Both the position numbers and the translations under genes were made by a program. Shown piece after piece: positions 1 through 12,244 of a stretch of DNA of 64,000 nt. Location of the stretch: assembly GCF_009914755.1 (NCBI RefSeq), contig NC_060942.1; one strand, 5' to 3'. Position 1 is the first letter of the stretch; each line of letters starts with the position of its first letter. The notes beneath the pieces were generated by a model. It was not told the origin of the DNA. It ran no database searches and saw nothing but the letters and a program-made list of their open reading frames with translations. The stretch comes from the human T2T-CHM13v2.0 reference genome, Homo sapiens.

Positions 1-240
1 CAATGGCCTGTTTCCCTTGCCCCCACAACTGTTGTGGGTATTGACGGCCAAGCTTCAAAACCCCTTAAAACTTCCCCACTCTGGTACCAACTTGGACAAT
101 ATTCTTTTATGCACTCTTTTTTAGTTATCCCCACCTGCCCAGTTCACTTATTAGGCTGAGACATTTTAACCAATTTATCTGCTTCCCTGACTATTCCTGG
201 ACTACAGCCACATCTCATTGCCACCCTTCTTCCCAACCCA
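1..240 (+). pseudogene. pro: HERV-H protease, C-terminal part, inactivated
   Basis: Frame 1 reads VVGIDGQ...SFLVIPTCPVHLLG*DILT; the conserved LLGRD motif has CGA>TGA at 157-159. Confidence 0.85.
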
Positions 241-249
241 AAGCCTCCT

Positions 250-3054
250 TTGCATCTTCCTCTCATATCCCCCTACCTTAACCCACAAATATGGGACAAC
301 TCTACTCCCTTCCTGGCAACCGATCACATGCCCATTACTAGCCCATTAAAACCTAATCACCCTTATCCTGCTCAATGCCAGTATCCCATCCCACAACAGG
401 CTTTAAGGGGATTGAAGCCTGTTATCACTCACCTGCCACTGCATGTACTTCTAAAACTTATAAACTCTCCTTACAATTCTCCCATTTTACGTGTCCAAAA
501 ACTGGACAAGTCCTACAGGTTAGTTCAGGATCTGCACCTTATCAACCAAATTGTTTTGCCTATCCACCCTGTGGTGCTCAACCCATACACCCTTTTGTTC
601 TCAATACCTTCCTCCACAACTCACTATTCCGTTCTTGATCTTAAAGATGCTTTTTTCACTATTCCCCTGCACCCCTTGTCCCAGCCACTCCTTGCTTTTA
701 CCTGGGATGACCCTGACACCCATCAGTCCCAGCAGCTTACCTGGGCTGTACTGCCACAAGGCTTCAGGGGTAGCCCTCATTACTTCAGCCAAGCTCTTTC
801 TCATGATTTACTTTCTTTCCACCCCTCCACTTCTCACCTTATTCAATATATTGATGAACTTCTACTTTGGAGCCCCTCCTTTGAATCTTCTCAACAAGAC
901 ACCCTCCTGCTCCTTCAACATTTATTCTCCAAGGGATATCGGGTATCCCCCTCCAAACCTCAAATTTCTTCTCCATCTGTTACCTACCTCGGCATAATTC
1001 TTCATGAAAACAAACTTGCTCTCCCTGCTGATTGTGTCTGACTGATCTCTCAAACCCTGACCCCTTCTACAAAACAACAACTCCTTTCCTTCCTGGGAAT
1101 GGTTGGATAATTTTTAGAGGCCCTCAAAATCACAAACTATGCTCAACTCACTCTCTGCAGTTCTCATAACTTCCAAAATCAATTTTCTTCCTCACACCTG
1201 ACACATATACTTTCTGCTCCCCGACTCCTTCAGCTATACTCACTCTTTGTTGAGTCTCCCTCAATTGCCATTGTTCCTGGCCCAGACTTCAATCTAGCCT
1301 CCCACATTATTCCAGATACCACACCTGACCCCCATGATGGTATCTCTCTGATCCACCTGACATTCACCCCATTTCCCCATATTTCCTTCTTTCCTGTTCC
1401 TCACCCTGATCACACTTGGTTTATTGATGGCAGTTCCACCAAGCCTAATCATCACTCACCAGCAAAGGCAGGCTTTGCTATATTATCTTTCACATTTATC
1501 ATTAAGGCTACCGCTCTGCCCCCCTCCACTACCTCTCAGCAAGCCAAACTCATTGCCTTTACTTGAGCCGTCACTCTTGAAAAGGGACTACGTGTCAATA
1601 TTTATACCGACTCTAAATATGCCTTCCATATCCTGCACCACCATGCTGTTATAGGGGCAGAAAGAAGTTTCCTCACTACACAGGGTTCCTACATCATTAA
1701 TGCGTCTTTAATAAAAACTCTTCTCAAGGCCACTTTACTTCCAAAGGAAGCTGGAGTCATTCACTGCAAGGACCATCAAAAGGTGTCAGATCCCATTGCT
1801 CTGGGGAGCGCTTATGCTGATAAGGTAGCTAAAGAAGCAGCTAGTATTCCAACTTCTGTCCCTCATGGCCAGTTTTTCTCCTTGTCATTGGTCACTCCCA
1901 CCTACTCTCCCATGAAACTTCCACCTATCAATCTCTTCCCACACAAGGCAAATGGTTCTTAGACCAAGGAAAATATCCCCTTCCAGCCTCACAGGCCCAT
2001 TGTATTCTGTCATCATTTCATAACCTCTTCCATGTAGGTTACAAGTTGCTAGCCTGCCTCTTTAGAACCTTTCATTTCCTTTCCACTGTGGAAATCTATC
2101 CTCAAGGAAATCACTTCTCAGTGTCCCATCTGCTATTCTACTACCCCTCAGGGATTGTTCAGGCCCCCTCCTTTCCCTACACATCAAGCTCAGGGATTTG
2201 CTCCTGTCCAGGACTGGCAAATTGACTTTACTCACATGCCCCGAGTCAGGAAACTAAAATACCTCTTGGTCTGGGTAGACACTTTCACTGGATGTGTAGA
2301 GGACTTTCTCTCAGGGTCTGAGAAGGCCACCATGGTCATTTCTTCCCTTCTGTCAGACATAATTCCTCAGTTTGGCCTTCTCACCTGTATACAGTCCAAT
2401 AACAGACCATCCTTTACTAGTCAAATCACCCAAGCAGTTTCTGAGGCTCTTGGTATTCAGTGGAAACTTCATACCCCTTACCATTCTCAATCTTCAGGAA
2501 AGGTAGAACAGACTAATGGTCTTTTAAAGACACATCTCACCAAGCTCAGCCTGTAACTTAAAAAGGACTAGACAGTACTTTTACCTCTTGCCCTTCTCAG
2601 AATTAGAGCCTGTCCTCAAGATGCTACAGGGTACAGTCCATTTAAACTTTTGCATGGACGTACTTTCTTGCTTGGCCCCCAACCTCATCCCAGACACCAG
2701 CCCTCTAGGCGACTATCCTCCAGTCCTCCAGCAGGCTAGATAGGAAATTTGCCAGGCTGCTAATATTCTCTTGCCTACTCCAGATTCCCAGCCATATGAA
2801 GACACCCTAGCTGGATGGTCAGTTCTCGTTAAGAATCTGACCCCTCAAACTCTACAACCTCAATGGACCGGACCCTACTTATCTGTAGTACCCCAACTGC
2901 CGTTTGCCTGCAGGATCCTCCCCACTGGGTTTACTGTTCCAGAATAAAGCTGTATCCACCAGACAGCCAGCCTAATCTCTCCTCTTCCTCCTGGAAGTCT
3001 CAAGTACTCTCCCCTACTTCACTTAAACTCACTCACATTTTTGAAGAACAGTAA
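250..3054 (+). pseudogene. pol: HERV-H pol (RT, RNase H, integrase), disrupted by stops, frameshifts and an internal deletion
   Basis: RT motifs QYPI, YRLVQDL, LDLKDAFF, LPQGF, YIDE (YxDD altered); RNase H WFIDGSS (1417), YTDSKYAF; integrase WQIDFTHM, SNN (normally SDN), SSGKVE; stop at 3052-3054. Confidence 0.95.
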
Positions 3055-3348
3055 TAACTCTTATGAACCTAATACATCGTTTCATTCTATTAGGTCTATT
3101 CGTCCTTACCCTACTTTTTGCAACAGGACTTTATGCAGTCACCCCCACTACTTGGCCTGACCCCCCAAAACTTGTCATCCCTACTGTCTTCTGTCCAGTC
3201 ATACTCCTATTCACCATTCTCAACTACTCATAAATGCCCTACTCTTGTTTACACTGCCAGTTTACACTGTTTCTCCAAGCCATCACAGCTAATATCTCCT
3301 GGTGCTATCCCCAAACCACCACTCTTTACTCCCTCTTAGAGTGGATAG

Positions 3349-4990
3349 ATGATCTTTGGTGGCAGGACACCCTCCAATACTTTCACCACACTATCAATCT
3401 CATTCACTCTTTCCTAGCCATTTCTAATCCCTCCTTAGTGAACAATTGCTGGCTTTGCATTTCCCTTTCTTCCTGTGCCTATACAGCTGTCCCCGCCTTA
3501 CAGACAGACTGGGAACATCTCCTGTCTCCCTACACCTCCGAACTTCCTTTAACCGCCCTCACCTTTGCCCTCCTGAAGAACTTCTTTACTTTCTAGACAG
3601 GTCCAGCAAGACCTCCTCAGACATTTCACATCAGCAAGCTGCCACCCTCCTCCGCACTTACTTAAAAAACCTTTCTCCTTATATCAACTCTACTCCCCCC
3701 ATATTTGGACCCCTCAGAACACAAACTACTATTCCTGTGGCCACTCTTTTATGTATCTCTCAGCAAAGACCCACTGGAATTCCCCTGGGTAACCTTTCAT
3801 CTTCTCGGTGTTCCTTCAGTCTTCATCTCCAAAGTTCAACTACACACATCACTGAAACAGTTGGAGGCTTCCAGCTCCATATTACAGATAAAACCTCTAT
3901 CAATACTGGCAAACTTAAAAACATCAGCAGTTATTATTGCTTAGGAAGACACTTACCCTGTATTTCACTCCATCCTTGGCTACCTTCCCCTTGCTCATCA
4001 GACTCTCCTCCCAGGCCCTCTTCTTATTTACTTATACCCAGCCCCATAAATAACAGTGAAAGGTTGCTCATAGACACTCAACGTTTTCTCACACACCATG
4101 AAAATCAAACCTCTACGCAGTTATCCCATCAGTCCCCATTACAACTGCTGATGGCTGTCACCCTAGCTGGATCCATAGGAGTCTGGGTACAAAACAGCTT
4201 TTTTAGTACTCCTTCTCATCTTTTTACTTTGCATTTCCAGTTTTGCCTTGCACAAGGTCTCTTCTTCCTCTGTGGATCCTCTACCTACATGCAAATTGGA
4301 CAGGCACATGCACACTAGTTTTCCTTACTCCCAAAATTCAATTTGCAGATGGGACTGAAGAGCTTCCTGTTCCCCTCATAACACTGACACAACAAAAAAG
4401 AATTATTCCACTAATTCCCTTGCTTGTCTGTTTAGGACTTTCTGCCTCCACTATTGCTCTTGGTACTGGGATAGCAGGCATTTCAACCTCTGTCATGACC
4501 TTCCATGGCCTCTCTAATGACTCTCCGCTAGCATCACAGACATATCACAAACTTTATCAGTCCTTCAGGCCCAAGTTGACTCTTTAGCTGCAGTTGTCCT
4601 CCAAAACCTCCAAGGCCTTGACTTTCACTGCTGAAAAAGGAGGACTCTATATTTTTAAATGAAGAGTGTTGTTTTTACCTAAATCAATCTGGCCTGATGT
4701 ATGACAACATAAAAAAACTCAAGGATAGAGCCCAAAAACTTGCCAACCAAGCAAGTAATTATGCTGAACCTCCTTGGGCACTCTCTAATTGGTTGTCTTG
4801 GGTCCTCCCAATTCTTAGTCATTTAATACCTGTTTTTCTCCTTCTCTTATTCGGACCTTGTGTCTTCTGTTTAGTTTCTCAGTTCATCCAAAACCATATC
4901 CAGGCTGTCATCAATCATTCTATATGACAAATACTCCTTCTAACAACCCCACAATATCACCCCTTACCACAAAATCTTCCTTCAGCTTAA
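3349..4990 (+). pseudogene. env: HERV-H env, near full length but frameshifted, signal peptide deleted
   Basis: ATG 3349 (MIFGGRTPSNT), CWLC motif, long open SU stretch (ORF 3446-4318), furin site QQKR|IIPLIP, fusion peptide, frameshifted immunosuppressive domain (LQN..GLD..TAEKGGL), EECCF, TM anchor LLLLFGPC, end QNLPSA* at 4990. Confidence 0.93.
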
Positions 4991-5148
4991 TCTCTCCCAT
5001 TCTAGGTTCTCACGCCACTCCTAATCCCACTTGAAGCAGCCCTGAGAAACATCACCCATTTTCTTTCCATACCACCCCCAAAAATTTTCACAGCCCCAAC
5101 ACTTCACCACTATTTTGTTTTTTTCTTATTAATATAAGAAGACAGGAA

Positions 5149-5576
5149 TGTTAGGCCTCTGAGCCCAAGCTAAGCCATCATATACCCTGTGACCTGCACA
5201 TATACATCCAGATGGCCTGAAGCAACTGAAGATCCACAAAAGAAGTGAAAAAAGCAATAACTGATGACATTCCACCATTGTGATTTGTTCTTGCCCCACC
5301 CTACATGTATTCTCCCCTGCCCTTAAGAAGGTACTTTGTAATATTCTCTCCCACCGCTGCCCCCTGCCTTTAAGAAGGTACTTTGTAATATTCTCCCCTA
5401 CCCTTAAGAATGTACTTTGTATGCCTATTCTTAAACGTATAAGAACTAATGATAATCCCACCACCCTTTGCTGACTCTCTTTTCGGACTCAGCCTGCCTG
5501 AATATAGGTGAAATAAACAGACTTGTTGCTCACACAAAGCCTGTTTGGTGGTCTCTTCACACGGACACGCATGACA
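5149..5576 (+). mobile_element. HERV-H 3' LTR, type II (LTR7B-like)
   Basis: Starts TGTTAGGCCTCTGAGCCCAAGCTAAGCC, ends CATGACA; three CCYTTAAGAAkGTACTTTGTA type II repeat units (about 5308-5421). Confidence 0.92.
5438..5517 (+). promoter_or_regulatory. LTR TATA box (TATAAG 5438-5443) and polyadenylation signal (AATAAA 5512-5517)
   Basis: Motifs at the expected U3 and R positions of the HERV-H LTR. Confidence 0.8.
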
Positions 5577-6467
5577 GTTTCTATTAGACTAACAAAAAGC
5601 TGCTGAGACACAGTGTGATCTCCTCAATCTTGGCCCTTCTGCCCAAACAACTGAACATGGCAGAGTCCAGAGGATGAGTCTGTATCCACCGTGCACTTGC
5701 TGTGCACCTAGAGGTGGCCATGGCATGGGGGTGACATGGAGAAACTACCTGAGAGGAAAATGTCAGGACCAGACAAGGGGTAGGAAATTAGAAAGGAGTT
5801 GCATGATTATAAAGAATGTCCTTAGTGATTGTTTTGTGGGAATCTTCTGTACCTTCTGGGATGATGAAGTTGTCACTTGGCCTCTGTCAGGGGCTCTCAT
5901 GCCTGCAAGAAGGCCTAGCAAGCCTGGGAAATGTAAGAAAGTACTTTTTAAAAGAGAAAATTTAGGCTGCCTGGCTGATCTGCAAGATAACAAATCCCCA
6001 CGTGTCCAGGCTTGATTTCCTCAGTCTGCCAATCTGAAACGTGACTCTGGTGAAGCTTTGACTCCCAGGCTTACTGCATGGGCCAAGATCTTGTTCTGGT
6101 TGCTTGCAATTAGGCATTTTCCCTTTTTAAATGGATGTTTTCTTCTATTCTCAAGTCTGTCTGTCTTTTTTTGCCTCTACGCCTGGGGTCTCCTTCTTGA
6201 GTCTGATCACTCGTTTACTGACAAATAAAACATACCTGTCCCATGTCTCCTACTCATTATTGGTGCTGTTTTCCTCCCACCTTCTATTTCATTTGTTGTA
6301 AGAAACTAGCACCAGGGAGACCACTGGCCTTAAATCTAATATTGTAGGAACTCCGCTGCATCCTTCCTAGAACATTTACATTTGTAAAGATAATGGAGAT
6401 GGCCAACTCAACAAGATGATTTTTCAGGAGAAAGGTTCAGAATTCCTAAAGATTTCTAATGGCCTTG

Positions 6468-6661
6468 GTGGTAGTGTGCTGGGCCAGTTTCCATTGGTTT
6501 ACAAGAACTAATTGTACACATCTCTTTCTTTTTCCATGTCTAGTAACCTCACATTGGTGGCCTAAAGTTAGCCATGGTGGGAGTATTTACACAATGGGAA
6601 TTGGCAAACCCTACACATCAGGGCTTGTTTTTTTGGAAAGCCAATTTACTAATACCCCATT
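6468..6661 (+). mobile_element. MER63-like hAT DNA transposon fossil
   Basis: GCCATGGTGGGAGTATTTACAC...GGCAAAC...ATCAGGGCTT core with degenerate termini. Confidence 0.7.
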
Positions 6662-7074
6662 ACCTTTAGGCTCCATTGTGTAGATGATGTCCTTCTGTGT
6701 GGGTGATTAAATGTGGTCTTGTTTTCTCACCCTTTTGTATCTCATAATTGAAAGCTGTAAAGTGTTCAATATGTTGAGCTGCAGAACTCATAATGTTTCT
6801 GGCCTGAGTTTTACTGGCAGCAGGTTGTAGAGTGAGCTTGAGGAGCACAACCTAGCCCAAGTCACATTTCAGGTGGCTGGTTCATTCTGGGGAAGAAAGC
6901 TCAGGCCTGGAGTCAGGAGCCCCAGACATTTGTCTTTCTTCTCTCATGAATCACACAGCATAGAGCAATTATCTGTTAGATGGGACAATCATTTGTTCTC
7001 ACATGACTCCTACTAGCTTATCCTGAGAAACAGATGGAATGATGTCTTTTAAGTGAGAGCGTTGTACATGGCCA

Positions 7075-7282
7075 GGATGAAGAGCATGGATTTAGGAATA
7101 AGATGGACTAGGTTTAAAATCTGGGCTTGTCTATGAGGATGAGCTATGTGACCAGTTCCATCAGTTCTAAGGCAGTTCTAAGGTGAAGCTAATGACAACA
7201 ACTTATCAAGGTAGCTGTAATGATTAAATTAAGTAACCTTTTAAAAATGTTCAGGACTCAATATATGGCTGCTACTATTAAT
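7075..7282 (+). mobile_element. MIR SINE with internal deletion
   Basis: AAGAGCATGG...TGTGACC...GATTAAAT...CTCAATATATGGCTGCTACTATT resembles the MIR consensus. Confidence 0.6.
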
Positions 7283-9652
7283 AACAATGCTTTGAAAATA
7301 CTATACACATTTGAAGGCATGATTATTATTTTATTTCCATATATGGAACATCTGTAGTGATCACTTGCTCTACTACATGACTTATAGTGAATGTTTAGTA
7401 ACTTTTTTAAGGATTTGAAATATTAAGCAAGGTTATTTTCAGTACATTTCAAGTTGAGGTGAATTACTTACCTAAGTAACCACACTCCTCAGAGCGGGGA
7501 AAAAAGAGTCTTTGCTTCAGACGAAATATTTTTGGCAAACTGACTGAAAGTTGTCCTTCAAAAATCTAAAGAACCTAGGTAAGTGAAACTGGCTGGTAAT
7601 AAATTGCCTTAATAGATATAAGACATTGTAGGTTTTATCCCGGGCACTTGAGAGTTGTCATAAAAATAGCACTTACATTCTAATTTCTTTAGGGGTTGTT
7701 TGTAAGATTCTTTTAAGTATTCCCTTGGGAACTAACCTGTTCACATTCAGGCTGAATACAGAAGTGTGCTTGGCTGATTCCTTTTAGAAATGTAAATTGA
7801 ATTGAGTTATACATTTATACCATCCTAGGAAGGCAGCATCCTTTCCCCATCACCCCCAGAGTAGAAACAAATGAGGATTTGATTTGTTATTCTCTGTGTA
7901 TACCACTAGGGAACAGCGAGGCCCATATATGGCAAGAAAAATATTTCACTTATCAGGGTCATTTATTCCAGGTTAGCATCTTACTTCTAAAGAGAAAATA
8001 ATCAGGAAATAGTTGCTAGGCTGCCACACAAAAGGCTTTCATTTTCTCTCCTGAGCTGGAGGAATGATGCTGAGGCTTCCTTTGAGGGAGTGTGGAAATG
8101 TTTGGTGGAATGAGCCTTAGCTTTGAGGCCCCATAGAGCACTGAGGAACCTTGGGCTAGTTGTTTAGTTTCTCTGAGTCCCAGTTTCCACGTTTGAAATA
8201 CAAGGAAAGCATTTGCTACTTTCTGGAGTAATGATAAGGATTAAAAGAGCTAATGTATGTGCAATAGAGTGTCAGGCATAGATCTGGAACCAATATTAAT
8301 CTTTACCCCAACAACCAAGGATTTTAGTTACTAACACCTTGGGTATATTTGTTCCTGATTTTTGAAATAATAGCAGATTCCCTCAAAGAAGGACAGAAAT
8401 AATAAAAAGACCCTGAGCTAAAGGTATTGCCCTGAGGGGTGGGCTTATGTGGCAAGGCTTGAACCTCCAGGTGGCCTGCTTGTGTCAGGGGTGGGTATAG
8501 CAGAAGAGGGAGGAGCATGGGGAAGTGGAGGGTAATCCTCTCGTACTTTGCAATTTTGTCTGGAACAAGTCAAGGAACTTGGAAACCTCTTGCTCCTGTA
8601 ACTGTTGTAAACATTTCCTACAATTTTGGAATTTTACCTGGATTATCCTAATTATTGTTATTATTTTTAGTAAGGTGTTCCTCCTGAACCAGAGGAAATG
8701 AATTTTGTGACTGGCAGTTTCATCCTGCAAATGAAACATAAAGGGAAACAGAGCTACTTTGTTAAAGGCTTGAGAAAACATAATTCTTGTTTAAAAAAAC
8801 AGGCAAGACCAGCCAGACAGATAAAGATGTGTGGGTTAATTGCTGAATCTGCATCTCACCTGCATCTTTTATGTGGCAGATATGAATACTTTATAGGTAA
8901 TGAGGTCCTCAACAGGAGAATTATGGCCTAATGGCCTGACATTTGTAAAGCTGTAAAATGTAGGGGGAGATTTAACAAGCAAGATGAGCTGCCCTTCCGC
9001 ATATTAACACAATTACACACCTAAGCACACGTCTAGGTGTAAATAGTGTATTTATAGCATTAGGACTCTCTGAAGAATATTAAGTAGATGTTACAATGTG
9101 CAATTTAGGTTTTTTTTTTTTTTTTTTTTTTTACAAGAAAAGCTTTCTATTTGTCTGGAAACTTCTGGGGGCTCTAAGCCTTTTTCACTCTTTCAGAGGT
9201 CTCTGCCTCTGTGATGTGTTTTGTAGCAGAGCTAGCAGGACTGACGGTGCACTCAGATTCCGGGAATTGAGGCTGGGCGATGGATACTTCAACCTTTCTA
9301 ACATAAAGATGTTGCTACACTGGAGGCCAGAGGGTCTGGGAGGCCCACCCCATGTCACTGACTTTGCCTGCAATATTTGGCTTTTCTGTTCCTTGCCTAA
9401 CTTTCTTTTCTAAAGCTTTTGGAGTATTTAACAGTGTTAGATTAGCCTAACTCTTGAAATATTTTTGATTTAGAATCTAAGAGGAAAGTGACATTGTTGG
9501 ACCACTAGCCAAAATGAAACAGGTTATGAAATAAGTGAAAAAGGGAAAGAATATTCCAGCACTGCTTTTCCCTTGAACTGTGTTTTTCTTTCATGAACCT
9601 ATAGCCTCTTACCTACCTGAGTAAGCGCCAACGAATTGCAGAAACTAAAACA

Positions 9653-10083
9653 TGATCAAAGAAAAACTTCAGCCAAATTAAATTCAAAGGAGTTTAACTG
9701 AGCAATGAACGATTCACAAATAGGGCAGCGCCAGAATCCCAGCAGATTCACAGAGACTCCAGCACAGCCATGTGGTGGGAGAAGATTTATCGACAAAAAA
9801 AAAGGGGAGGGGAATAACTTACAGAAATAGAAAGCGAGGTAAAGAATGGCTAGATTGGTTACAAGCTGACATTTGTCTTATTTGAACACAGTTTGAACGC
9901 TCAGCAGTATATGAATGGTTGAAGTATGGCAGCCGGGATTGGCCAAGACTCACTTACAGGCACATACTGTTAAGTTAGGTTTTCAGTTTTTTCTACCTAT
10001 TAAGCTAGGTTGCAGTTCATCCCCAAAGACTCAAATATAGAAGTGAGGATTCCTTCTCAGGTCATATTTAGTTCACTTTAACA
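9653..10083 (-). mobile_element. MER57-family ERV1 solo LTR
   Basis: Reverse complement begins TGTTAAAGTGAACTAAATATGACCTGAGAAGG and ends ...GGCTGAAGTTTTTCTTTGATCA. Confidence 0.8.
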
Positions 10084-10505
10084 AAGAATACTTCTTATTT
10101 TCTCAAGTCCCAAATCAAGGTGTCACGAGGTCCATGATCGCTTAAAGACTTCAAGAAAATATCCTTTCTTGCCTCTTTCTAGCTTCTGGTGGCTCCTGGA
10201 AATCCTTGGCTTTTCCTGACTTGCAGGTGCCTCACCCAAATCTCTGCCTCTTTTCTCATGTGGCTTTCTTCCCTGTGTGACTATATCCCTCTATAAAGAA
10301 AGACACCTAAGAACCTCTGTAAGAACCTCTGCTTTTAAGAACACTTGCCATTGAATTTAGGCTCCACCCTAATCCAATATGATCTTATCTTAGCCTCATT
10401 GTATCTGCAAAGACCCTATTTTCAGAAAAAAAAATTCACATTCACAGTTTTCTGGGGTTAGCATTTTAATATGTTCTTTTGGGAAATACAATTAAACCCA
10501 CAACA
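10084..10505 (-). mobile_element. MLT1 (MaLR) LTR fragment interrupted by MER57
   Basis: CTTGCCTCTTTCTAGCTTCTGGTGGCT, GCAAAGACCCTATTT, AAACCCACAACA end. Confidence 0.75.
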
Positions 10506-11940
10506 GTTGAGTAATAAAAATAAATTCATGATCTACTTTCAGTATGAAACATGAGTTGTGAACACATGTCCAGACTAATATTTAACATTGTGCAGCAGCA
10601 GCCAATTTTAGAGATGGATGTGTAGTTTGATAAGCTCCACAATGTTTCAGCAGGCATTTTCTTTGTTAGAGAACAGTTGCTTAAGGACAGAGAAAATCAG
10701 GGTGAAAGAGTTTTACAGTTCCTGTTAAATCTGGACTTCATTCCCAATCTTCTCTGTGTATTTATTTTTTCCTCATTAAATAGAGAGCCCTCAATCCAGT
10801 CAGGCAGTATTCTCCTGTAATCCTACCCCGATTCTGTTCTCATATTTTATTATAAATTTAAATTTCTGAATTCCTCTTTTCCCAGAGTAATTTCCCACAG
10901 ATAACTTCATCTCTAATGAAAGGAAAGACTCTATTCTTCCTCGAAAAAGAATTGTAGACATGAGTTACAATGAGCAGATTAGGAAGGTGTTTTGAAGGGA
11001 GGCTTGTTTCAGTGCTCTTATCATCAGCAAGGATGCCAGTTCTGATTAATGTCAGTTCTTTGTGCATAGATACACACTCAGAGGTGTGTAAGTAGACTTT
11101 CTCCTTTGCTTGAGTGTCTGAGTCATTTGTTTTTCTCATCTTTCATCAGTTTGAGGTAAGAACTAGGGTATCCAATTGAAGAAAGCCAAAGCCATAGACA
11201 ATGCCATAGTTACGTACTTCTAGCTCCCTCTTGTATCTCAAAGAGCTTTTCTGCTCACCAGACAGCACTTGTTCCACTCATGGAACTTAGTTGAGACAAT
11301 GGATGAGCAAGAATTTATTGGCTGAGTAAGAGCTTGGAATAGAAAGCTGCCTTATTCACCCTCATGAATCCAATGAGGGTTGGTGCAGGAGAGAACAATG
11401 CATCATCTTTCCTTTTAAAATTCTGTAAAAGTAAAGGCCATTCTGACAAAAGTGTTCTATAACAAAGCTTTGTCTTTATTTCAGAGCGGAAGCCTTGGTG
11501 AAAATTTGCTGATCTGGTTATAGTACATTCACGACAATGGAAATCCATATAATTAATAATCACAGGGTTTTATTTTTGGTCCAGCCCATGAAGCAGTCAC
11601 TATTTATAGTACAAATTTTCATGTGCTCTTGGCACTGTTTCACAACATAAGTAAAAGAGTCTACAGCTCTGTAACTCCTTCACTTTTTTAAAAAGCTATT
11701 TTATTCATTATTTTTAGCTCCTCCAAATCCAGTATAAGATTTTCCCAAATTTACCATTTCCCCTCCAAATTGGGCCCCTAAATATGGTAAATTTTGGCTG
11801 GAATAATTTTTCTATCTTACGTAGAGTATATCTACTCACTCATATAGAGGCACAAACAAAATTATTACTTTTTCAGTTTGGGAATCACTTACTATTAGCT
11901 AGGCAGTATATTATACACTAAAGATAAAAGGATTAATACT

Positions 11941-12148
11941 TGATGAAACCCTGTCTCTGCTAAAAATACAAAAATTGGGTGGATGTGATGGCACATACCT
12001 GTAGTCCCAGCTACTCTGGAGGCTGAGGCATGAGAATTGCTTGAACCTGGGAGGCGGAGGCTATAGTGAGCCGAGATCATGTGCTGGAACTCCAGCCTCG
12101 GTGACAGTGGGAGACTCTGTCTCAAAAAAAAAAAAAATAAGAGAAAGA
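11941..12148 (+). mobile_element. Alu, 5'-truncated
   Basis: GAAACCCTGTCTCTGCTAAAAATACAAAAATT linker, right arm and A-tail. Confidence 0.92.
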
Positions 12149-12196
12149 AATATGAATGCTGCTGTGCTGCTGGACCGTGTACCCTGGGATCTCAGG

Positions 12197-12244
12197 TGTG
12201 TGTGTGTGTGTGTGTGGTGTGTGTGTGTGTGTGTGTGTGTGTGT
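12197..12244. repeat. (TG)n microsatellite
   Basis: Direct inspection. Confidence 0.95.

Larger units (their letters stand above)
1..5576 (+). mobile_element. HERV-H endogenous retrovirus, 3' part (pro-pol-env-3'LTR); 5' part lies outside the window
   Basis: Gammaretroviral pro/RT/RNaseH/IN/env motifs in order, C-rich/G-poor composition typical of HERV-H, polypurine tract AAGAAGACAGGAA (5136-5148) followed by an LTR7-family LTR. Confidence 0.97.

Noticed and set aside
250-1041. 263-aa RT ORF as a functional or novel reverse transcriptase system
   Set aside because: Ordinary HERV-H pol fragment: TTG start, upstream stop in pro, YIDE instead of YIDD, truncated at 1041.
9259-9267. Perfect STAT/GAS motif TTCCGGGAA
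   Set aside because: A single 9-mer is not evidence of function without chromatin data.
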